Shown here: in pieces, positions 25,843-33,245 of the stretch
How positions within the stretch are numbered: position 1 is the first letter of the stretch
How the letters are laid out: every line of letters starts with the position of its first letter
IMG/VR virus record: IMGVR_UViG_3300046777_000741
Coordinates: 1-57,474 of that record
Reading direction: 5' to 3' (one strand)
DNA: 57,474 bases
Source of the DNA: a virus
Taxonomy: Duplodnaviria > Caudoviricetes
The notes under the pieces: generated by a model
Databases searched by the model: none
Told to the model about the DNA's origin: nothing
The model's input: only the letters and a program-made list of their open reading frames with translations
Position numbers and translations under genes: made by a program

Positions 25843-27277
25843 CATACTGGAGACCCTGCGCTCCCCGCTGGTGGCGGAGAACCTGCCCAAGCTGCCGCCC
25901 ACCCACCAGATGGCCTTCGCCAAACGGGCAGCATGGCTGGCGCAGGCCCACGATCACCAGATCCTGCCCCACGGGGACTGGTGGTCAATCTGGCTGCTGC
26001 TGGCAGGCCGCGGCGCTGGAAAGACCCGCACCGCCGCGGAACAGATCTGGTGGTGGGCGTGGGAGTTCCCCGCCACCCGTTGGCTGGTCTCGGCCCCCAC
26101 CTCCTCCGATGTCCGCTCCACCTGCTTCGAGGGTGACTCGGGGCTCATGTCCGTCATCCCGCCGATCCTGATCGAGGATTACAACAAAGCATTACATGAG
26201 TTGAAGCTGGTCAATGGGTCGCTGATCAAGGGCATCCCGGCCTCGGAGCCCGAGCGTTTCCGGGGGCCTCAGTTTCACGGGGGCTGGTGCGATGAGCTTG
26301 CGGCATGGGAGTACCTGCAAGAGGCCTGGGATCAGATGCAGTTCGGCATGCGCCTGAAGATCGCTGGTGACCCCGCCTTCAAGACCCGCCTGATCTGCAC
26401 TACCACCCCGAAGCCCAAGGATCTGATCGTCGAGCTTGTGGGCCGGGAGGGTGACGATGTCCACCTGACCACCGCCTCGACCTACTCGAACATCGCCAAC
26501 CTGTCGGACAACTTCCGCAAGCAGATTCTTCAGTACGAAGGTACTAAGCTGGGTCGGCAGGAGATCTACGCCGAGATCCTCGACCCGGAGGATGCCGGTA
26601 TCGTCAAGCGATCGTGGTTCAAGCTCTGGCCTGCGGACAAGCCCCTGCCTAAGCTGGAGTACATCGTCCAGTCCTATGACTGTGCGTTCACCGACAAGGC
26701 CAACAACGACCCGACCGCCTCGATCACGTTCGGGGTGTTCAAGCCCATGGACGGGCCGATGTCCGTGCTGGTGATCGATGCGTGGCAGGACAGGCTCCAG
26801 TACCCCGACCTCAAGCCCAAGGTGCTGGAGGAGTACGAGGTTATCTACGGGGATGGTAAGGACGCTCGCCGGGTGGATCTGGTGCTGGTCGAGGAGAAGG
26901 CCGCTGGCATCTCCCTGATCCAAGACCTCCAGCGAGCCCATGTGTTCGTGCGTGGCTACAACCCAGGCAGGGCCGACAAGATGCAGCGCCTGTCGATCAT
27001 CGCCAACATCATCCGGGCAGGCAGGGTCTGGATACCCGAGTCCAGTGTCAACAAGGGCTATGTCCGGGACTGGGCCGAGGGGATGGTCAGCCAGATCTGC
27101 GCCTTCCCCGATACGACCCACGACGACTTCTGTGACGCCATGAGTCAGGCCCTGCGCTATCTGCGGGACGCTGGGTGGCTCAACATCGATCCTCCCCCGC
27201 CGGAGGCATACGACGAGGAAGATGTGATTGACGCCGGCTGGGAGTTCCGGCGCAGGGAGAACCCCTATGCCGTTTGA
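25835..27277 (+). CDS. terL: Terminase large subunit
   Basis: Walker A LAGRGAGKT, Walker B WCDE, motif III TTTP, nuclease residues QSYD and HDDFCDA. Confidence 0.95.
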   Translation: MADILETLRSPLVAENLPKLPPTHQMAFAKRAAWLAQAHDHQILPHGDWWSIWLLLAGRGAGKTRTAAEQIWWWAWEFPATRWLVSAPTSSDVRSTCFEGDSGLMSVIPPILIEDYNKALHELKLVNGSLIKGIPASEPERFRGPQFHGGWCDELAAWEYLQEAWDQMQFGMRLKIAGDPAFKTRLICTTTPKPKDLIVELVGREGDDVHLTTASTYSNIANLSDNFRKQILQYEGTKLGRQEIYAEILDPEDAGIVKRSWFKLWPADKPLPKLEYIVQSYDCAFTDKANNDPTASITFGVFKPMDGPMSVLVIDAWQDRLQYPDLKPKVLEEYEVIYGDGKDARRVDLVLVEEKAAGISLIQDLQRAHVFVRGYNPGRADKMQRLSIIANIIRAGRVWIPESSVNKGYVRDWAEGMVSQICAFPDTTHDDFCDAMSQALRYLRDAGWLNIDPPPPEAYDEEDVIDAGWEFRRRENPYAV

Positions 27278-27470
27278 GCATGGATGCCACAACCGCCCGG
27301 AGTACAAGACCTCCAGCCTGATGCAGGACGGCTGGGTGGTGGTCGATTGCACCCGCTATCCCATCCTGATGGACGTCCCGTTCCGCATGGAGACCCTGTG
27401 CCAGTACACGCATACGGATCTGGGCAAACAGGACGAAAGATGCCACGGCTGTAAATGGAGAGTCCAATGA
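27267..27470 (+). CDS. Small Cys-containing protein
   Basis: GCHNR..QDGW..PFRM...CQY..D.RC.GC; GGAG SD. Confidence 0.65.
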   Translation: MPFEHGCHNRPEYKTSSLMQDGWVVVDCTRYPILMDVPFRMETLCQYTHTDLGKQDERCHGCKWRVQ

Positions 27471-27742
27471 GCGAAAAAGTAGACATTGATACCGATCGGG
27501 AGATGATTAGGTGGGCCGGAATCCAGTACGAGGGGGACGACATCCCGATCCAGCTTCAGCGGCTGATCTGGGCGGCAAGGACGCAGGGGGCGAGGCTGGC
27601 GTGGCGGGATGTCTACCAGATCGCCTCGTCGCAGGTAGAGAACCACTCGCCTCGGCTTCCGGTCGTCCCACCCGATGTGAGTTCCTCGGCGTCTGTCACT
27701 CAGTCCGATGGTGCCCAGGCTGCCCCAACAAAAAGTGAATGA
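27467..27742 (+). CDS. Hypothetical protein
   Basis: GGAG SD; ATGA overlap with the previous gene. Confidence 0.55.
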   Translation: MSEKVDIDTDREMIRWAGIQYEGDDIPIQLQRLIWAARTQGARLAWRDVYQIASSQVENHSPRLPVVPPDVSSSASVTQSDGAQAAPTKSE

Positions 27743-27756
27743 AACTAGTTTTGTCA

Positions 27757-27799
27757 TTTTTCACCCTACCTGGGGTGCTTTTTCACCCTACCTGGGGTG
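27757..27799. repeat. Two tandem 21-bp direct repeats (22-bp period)
   Basis: TTTTTCACCCTACCTGGGGTG at 27757-27777 and 27779-27799. Confidence 0.9.
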
Positions 27800-27855
27800 T
27801 TTTAGTTCCCGAAATCGGGTGACAAATCTTGTTGGATCTTGTTGGCTCTTGGTGC

Positions 27856-27883
27856 TTGACTGGTTTTCTGGTTGTGGTAGAGT
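27856..27883 (+). promoter_or_regulatory. Putative extended -10 promoter
   Basis: TTGACT, 16 nt, TGn-TAGAGT. Confidence 0.5.
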
Positions 27884-27890
27884 CAGTTCC

Positions 27891-27990
27891 GTTGTCGTAG
27901 CTGTCAACAGTTGAAGGCCACTTACTCATGCGTCCGTCCCTGGGGGTTCCCGGGGAACAGCTACCGGGCGCAGCAGTAAGTGGCTTTTTT
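27891..27990 (+). ncRNA. Candidate small RNA / attenuator ending in a terminator-like stem
   Basis: GCCACTTACT/AGTAAGTGGC stem with T6; inner stems; GTAGCTGT/ACAGCTAC complementarity. Confidence 0.65.
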
Positions 27991-28004
27991 GTTGCCAATG
28001 CGCC

Positions 28005-28227
28005 AGCCCTGATGCCATGCGGTACGTCGGTGGTGGCTATACAGGAACCCCGTTACACGAGCGAGCCAGAGCGGGGGCGGTGGGCGAATCCCTAGAGCCG
28101 GGTGGTTGAGACAAGTCTGGGGTAGTGCGATGCGATGGCGTGGCTCCGAGGGTCAGGCATCCAGCACAGAGCGAAACTGGTGTTGTGACACGGTTAGGCT
28201 GTGCTTTGCTCAAACGTTCACCAAGGG
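28005..28227 (+). ncRNA. Candidate ~220-nt structured RNA
   Basis: Nested stems CCTGA/TCAGG, GCCATGC/GCGTGGC, CCCCGTT/AGCGGGG, CCCTAGA/TCTGGGG, AGCACAG/CTGTGCT; no convincing ORF. Confidence 0.45.
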
Positions 28228-28235
28228 TCAGAGGA

Positions 28236-28439
28236 ATGGAAATAACTAGAGAATGGCTCGACAGCATCAGTGACGAACGGGGGCTGACCAACGGTCAACA
28301 GCAACTTTTGCTGATCTGGTGCAAAGAGGCGCCTTATGTCGGCAAGGTAATCCCGGATCAGGTCGCCCATGTGATTGAGACCTGTCGGGGCTACAGGGGG
28401 ATTCCTCAGTCAGTGCGTGATCACCTCATGTGGACTTGA
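28236..28439 (+). CDS. Hypothetical protein (67 aa)
   Basis: GAGG before ATG; ITREWL..GLT.GQ..LL.IW. Confidence 0.6.
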   Translation: MEITREWLDSISDERGLTNGQQQLLLIWCKEAPYVGKVIPDQVAHVIETCRGYRGIPQSVRDHLMWT

Positions 28440-28459
28440 ATCCCGCTGCTGGGCATAAT
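28431..28459 (+). promoter_or_regulatory. Possible promoter for the head operon
   Basis: TGGACT, 17 nt, CATAAT. Confidence 0.4.
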
Positions 28460-28488
28460 TCAAGCAAGTCAATCCCTTGAGGCCCGAC

Positions 28489-31485
28489 ATGCCCAAAAAG
28501 ACCGGCAAGCTGGCAGACGCTCTGTTCGGCCAACCCGAAGAAAAAGCTGCCTTCGGCGTCTTTCCCCAGATGAAGCCCCGCCGGTCTCAGCAAGACCCTG
28601 AGGCTGCCAAGAACTTCCCCGTTGACGTTGCCCGAGGATTCGCCTCTGGTGTTCTGGGAGCCCCCGGTGACATCGAGTCCCTGATCCGGCTGCTGCCCGG
28701 GCTGGATGAGAAGACCGTCCTGCCGACCAGCGAGGAAATCGAGAAGCGCATTCCCCTGCGGTCTGACACCCCCGTGAGCCGTGCGGCCACTGGAATGGGC
28801 CAACTGGGTGGCGGCTTCTACATGGGCCCGGGCTCCCCGCTTCGCCTTGCTGCTGGCCTGCCTGGGGCTGTTGTAAGCGCCAGCAAGGACTTTGCAATGG
28901 CGGCTGGATCGTCCGGCCCCCGCATCTTTGTTGGCCCGAAGGCCAAGACATGGGATCAGGCTGCTGCCGATGCCGCTGCTCGACTGGAGAAGCAAGGCAT
29001 TGATCCCGTCGAGATCTGGAAGCAGACGGGCACCTTCCGTGGGGTTGACGGCATCCTGCGCCAAGAGATCGACGATCGCGCCGCCTTGTTCCTTACGCCC
29101 GATGAGCGCAAGGAGATGGCCGCTGTGATTAAGGGCGGCATCGATGTCCTGAAGGAAAAAATCAAGACCACCCCGCAGAAGGATCTGTTCCCGAAAGCTC
29201 TGACCGAGGCCAAGAAGGATGTGCGCGAGAAGATCGCCACCGCCAAGGAAGAGCTTGCTGATTACAAGAAAGACCCAAGCCTGACCGAGGCAAAGGCGTA
29301 TACGGTCTTTCACCACCCGGAGCTTTACAAGGCATATCCAGAGCTTGCAAAAATTCCGGTCGAGACTGGCGGCTATGGCGGGGAAGGAACCCGCGGCAGC
29401 TTGAGCATTTTCGAGAAGAGTGACAAAAGCCCCGGCTCGATGTCGATGGACATTTATCAATCCGGCTTGCAGCGCAACCCGACCTCGACGACTCTGCACG
29501 AGATGCAGCATGCCGTGCAGACGCTGGAGGGCATGAGCCCCGGCGGCAATCAGGCTATGGCCTTCAAAGATCCTCGTGCGTTCGACATCCTTCAGCGCCT
29601 ACGCTATGAGATTCAGCAGCCTCCGAGCTTTGCTGAGTTTCAAAAGGCAAACCGCTACCCGACCGAGGATGAGGCCAAGAAGGCTTACTCTGAGTTCGTC
29701 AACAGCTACAACGTGCCGATCACTCCGGCGATAGAGCGCGACCTTCAGGAAAACGCCGCTCGGGAATACTACAGGCGACTTGCCGGTGAGGCTGAGGCTC
29801 GTGCGGTGCAAGACCGCCAGATGATGACGCCCGAGCAGCGCCGAGATACTCCGCCCGCCGCCAGCTATGACGTTCCGCAGGAGGATCTGCTGACCAAGCC
29901 CCCAAAACAGTACAAGAAGGGCGGCAAGGTTCAGATCTCGGACAACCCCGACACGATGCGAGCCGAGCTTGCCCAGATCAAGCCCACCGAGGTTCGCAGC
30001 AAGCCTGCCCTGGGCGCTGCCAAGGCCTTGCAAAAGGCGCATGAGTTCGTCTCCAAGCCCTTTGGCTACCCCAACCCTCCTGCCGCAATGATCAGCGAGT
30101 TCCTCGGTGTTCCCGCTATTGCCCGGACGCTGGAGCGCGTTGGTTATGGCCAGCCGATCACCAACATCGGCAAGGCCAACGTCCCGCTGCTGCCTGAAGA
30201 CACCTCAGAGACAATCCTGTCCGTGGCTCCATTGGCCTCTGTGACCAAAGGCCTTCCAGTGGGCGCCGCAATTAAAAAATCAGAAAAGGTTCCCGCGGTT
30301 CCGCTTGACATTCCTCGCGTCCGACCGACCAAGCAGGACATTCTGGAGGCCGCCGAGCGAGTGGGGCGCCAGCAAGCCGGAGAGCATGTCAGAAGTCCGC
30401 TGTTGAACAAAACCGAGAACCTTGCTGGCCGTTCAATGGCGGAGTCCAAGCGTGTTCAGGCGCTCAAGTACGAGTTGGAGCCGACAAAAGACATCCCGAA
30501 TCTAGGCGTTTATGAGCCCAAGATCGGCGAGGTAAACATCGCCCTTCCCGGAGATCAGACGGTTGCCGATGTCATCCTGAAGAGCGTTGATGACATTCCT
30601 GTGGGATCTGTCCAAGAGGGCGGCGCCAATTTTGGTCTTGGCAAGCTGGAGCTTCCTGAGGAGAAGCGGGCGTTCTGGGCGTCTAACTTTGGCCCGGCGC
30701 AGATATTCCAGAACAAAGTCACCGAAATCGCAAGGAAGTTTAATACCGATCTTGTCACTGCGTATCACCTTGCCATGGGCACTGATGCCAATAACTTTGC
30801 CCAGCATTTTGCTGACGCAAACCTTCGCGCCATCGACTACTCCAAGATGACAAAAGGTCAGATGGAGGCATTTGATCAAGCCATTGCATATGGGTACATC
30901 AAGAAGAACCCAAAGACCGGCGAGTATGTTCATACCTCATTCCCTGAGTGGCCCGGTATTGCAGATCCTGATGGCGCTTATCTGGCGATGAAGGAAAATC
31001 CAGAGCTTCGAAAGTGGTTCAACAACCGCATGAAGACGCCAAAGCTCACAGAGGCTACCAACATGCCTGATGGCCGCTCGATTGAATGGGCGATCACCGA
31101 GCCCGAGATTCGGAACATGGAGATCAACATGACCGGTTTGTCGGCTGGTCGCATGAAGCCGGGCGCGGAGCTTATCCCCGAGTCTGCCCACCAGACCTAT
31201 AGCCACGATATTCCGGGCACCGCACTGGGCCGTGCGCCAGAGCTTGCGCCTTTCTCGATTAGTTTTCCGGATGTCACAGAATTTGTCCGCCAGAAGTACC
31301 GCCCGCAGGACTTTACTGGCACGATTCAGAAAGTCTTCCCACATCAAGTGGTCGATGAGGCTTATCTGGAAGATCTGGCGACCTACTACAACCAGCTTCG
31401 CAAGGTGCGTGGATTTGCTGAAGGCGGAGCGGTTGATGGTGACATCACCGGTGACGACCTGACCATCGAGGAGCGCCCGCTGTGA
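28489..31485 (+). CDS. Large polyvalent-type protein (LPD23-like domain plus zincin HExxH metallopeptidase-like domain)
   Basis: IWKQTGTFRG.DG.LRQEI.D, HPELYKAYP.L, TLHEMQHAVQ..EG...GG, Y.RLAGEAEAR motifs. Confidence 0.7.
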   Translation: MPKKTGKLADALFGQPEEKAAFGVFPQMKPRRSQQDPEAAKNFPVDVARGFASGVLGAPGDIESLIRLLPGLDEKTVLPTSEEIEKRIPLRSDTPVSRAATGMGQLGGGFYMGPGSPLRLAAGLPGAVVSASKDFAMAAGSSGPRIFVGPKAKTWDQAAADAAARLEKQGIDPVEIWKQTGTFRGVDGILRQEIDDRAALFLTPDERKEMAAVIKGGIDVLKEKIKTTPQKDLFPKALTEAKKDVREKIATAKEELADYKKDPSLTEAKAYTVFHHPELYKAYPELAKIPVETGGYGGEGTRGSLSIFEKSDKSPGSMSMDIYQSGLQRNPTSTTLHEMQHAVQTLEGMSPGGNQAMAFKDPRAFDILQRLRYEIQQPPSFAEFQKANRYPTEDEAKKAYSEFVNSYNVPITPAIERDLQENAAREYYRRLAGEAEARAVQDRQMMTPEQRRDTPPAASYDVPQEDLLTKPPKQYKKGGKVQISDNPDTMRAELAQIKPTEVRSKPALGAAKALQKAHEFVSKPFGYPNPPAAMISEFLGVPAIARTLERVGYGQPITNIGKANVPLLPEDTSETILSVAPLASVTKGLPVGAAIKKSEKVPAVPLDIPRVRPTKQDILEAAERVGRQQAGEHVRSPLLNKTENLAGRSMAESKRVQALKYELEPTKDIPNLGVYEPKIGEVNIALPGDQTVADVILKSVDDIPVGSVQEGGANFGLGKLELPEEKRAFWASNFGPAQIFQNKVTEIARKFNTDLVTAYHLAMGTDANNFAQHFADANLRAIDYSKMTKGQMEAFDQAIAYGYIKKNPKTGEYVHTSFPEWPGIADPDGAYLAMKENPELRKWFNNRMKTPKLTEATNMPDGRSIEWAITEPEIRNMEINMTGLSAGRMKPGAELIPESAHQTYSHDIPGTALGRAPELAPFSISFPDVTEFVRQKYRPQDFTGTIQKVFPHQVVDEAYLEDLATYYNQLRKVRGFAEGGAVDGDITGDDLTIEERPL

Positions 31486-33242
31486 GCGGATTCAAACTTC
31501 TTAAGGGGCTGACCTCCAAGGCCGACGAGGCGCTAAACGCACTCAAGCGTGAGAAGGGCACCGGCGCGGAGTTCCTTCGGGAGTTGGAGAAGACCCCCGG
31601 CGTCAAGGCGCAGGAGATCAAGGATCGGGGGCTGGACAAGGCTTTGCCTGCCATGGGCAAGACCACCAAGGCCGAAGTCAAGAAGGTCATGGAGAAGAAC
31701 GCTCCTCCCAAGCTGGAGGAGACCGTCCATGGTGGACGCGACAACTGGCGCATCCGGCTCGATGTTCTGGAGAACAGGGGGCTTCGCAACCTGAGCCCCG
31801 CGGAGCGTGATGAGTATTTCCGCCTAATCGAGCAAGCCGACGAGCTTGGGCGGCAATCTGCGGCGTCTAATGCTAGGTTTCAGGACTACACGCTTCCCGG
31901 CGGCGAGAACTACCGCGAGATCTTGCTGCGTCTGCCAGATCCGATCACCAGTAGGCAGAACGAACTCAAGGCGTTTCAGGCGCAGATGCGCGAGAAATAC
32001 AACGCCGGAGTCAACTGGGGTCAGTTTGCAACGCCGGAGGAGCGCAATTACGCACGATCGCTGGCCGATGCTTCTACGCTGCCACAGATGTATCGCTCAT
32101 CCCACTGGAATGAGCCCAACGTCCTAGCCCACGCCCGAGTCAGTGACCGCACTGGCCCTAACGGCGAGAAGATCCTGCACATCGAGGAGATCCAGTCCGA
32201 CTGGCATCAGGCAGGCCGCAAACACGGCTACCAGACGCCGGAGAAGTTGGCTGAGATGGAGGAACTCAAGAAGGCCAAGATCAAAGCCAAGTCTGAATTG
32301 AACGAGATTCAGAAACGGTACGAACAAGCGAAGGAAAGCTCCGCGATCTTTGATGACAAGCTCAAGAGCCCGGAGTTCGCCACGTATTCTCCTGAGCGTC
32401 AGGCTCAGATCAGGGAGTCTGCCGAAAGCTGGGGCAGGGCTTGGCTCAACGAGCTTCCGAGGTTGATGGAAGCCAGACAGGCATACGACAGCATCCCCGA
32501 TGTCTCACGGGCCATGGGCAGCATGGTTCCCGATGCGCCGTTCAAGAAGAACTGGCACGAGTTGACGATGAAGCGGCTGCTCAATTACGCCGCGGAGAAC
32601 GGATACGACCGTGTGGCGATCACGCCGGGCATTGAGCAGGCCAAGCGGTACGACCTGAGCAAACAAATCGACAGCTTAAATTTCAGCAAGAACTCGCAGG
32701 GCACCGTGGATATCGCCGCCATTCGCGGTGGTGACGTAGTCATTGATAAAACAATGCAAACGCCGGAGCAACTGGAGAGTCTTGTTGGGAAAGAACTGGC
32801 GCGAAAAATTTTAGATGCGGCGGATACCGATGGATCTCTGACCGGCCTCGACCTCCAAGTCGGCGGCGAGGGGATGAAGGGCTTCTACGACAAGATCCTG
32901 CCCGATTACCTCAATAGCTTTGGCAAGCCGTACGGCGTCTCTGTCGGGCAATTTGAGATGGTCACCCAGCCATCAAAAATAGAGCAGGCCGGTCGATCTT
33001 TTTATCAGACCCCGCAAAAAACCGTTCCTGTTCACACCTTCGACATCACCCCCCAGATGCGCGAGGAGATCACCAAGAGGGGCCTTCCCCTGTACCAGCA
33101 AGTCGGTGTTCCGGCGCTGGAGGGCATCGGGGCTGGAGCGGCCGCTATCGGCGCGGCCCCTGATAATCAGCAAGTTCCACAAAAGGTTGAGTTCTCAGAT
33201 AATCCGGATGCGATGCGTCTGGAACTGATGCAGAGGAAATAA
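31482..33242 (+). CDS. Large internal-virion / polyvalent-associated protein
   Basis: LPGGENYRE.LL, SHW.EPNVLAH.R..DR, EEIQSDWHQ.GR, PDAPFKK.W, GM.GFYDK motifs seen in large phage injected proteins. Confidence 0.65.
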   Translation: MSGFKLLKGLTSKADEALNALKREKGTGAEFLRELEKTPGVKAQEIKDRGLDKALPAMGKTTKAEVKKVMEKNAPPKLEETVHGGRDNWRIRLDVLENRGLRNLSPAERDEYFRLIEQADELGRQSAASNARFQDYTLPGGENYREILLRLPDPITSRQNELKAFQAQMREKYNAGVNWGQFATPEERNYARSLADASTLPQMYRSSHWNEPNVLAHARVSDRTGPNGEKILHIEEIQSDWHQAGRKHGYQTPEKLAEMEELKKAKIKAKSELNEIQKRYEQAKESSAIFDDKLKSPEFATYSPERQAQIRESAESWGRAWLNELPRLMEARQAYDSIPDVSRAMGSMVPDAPFKKNWHELTMKRLLNYAAENGYDRVAITPGIEQAKRYDLSKQIDSLNFSKNSQGTVDIAAIRGGDVVIDKTMQTPEQLESLVGKELARKILDAADTDGSLTGLDLQVGGEGMKGFYDKILPDYLNSFGKPYGVSVGQFEMVTQPSKIEQAGRSFYQTPQKTVPVHTFDITPQMREEITKRGLPLYQQVGVPALEGIGAGAAAIGAAPDNQQVPQKVEFSDNPDAMRLELMQRK

Positions 33243-33245
33243 TTC

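Noticed and set aside
27757-27799. Mini CRISPR array
   Set aside because: Only two repeats separated by 1 nt; no spacers.
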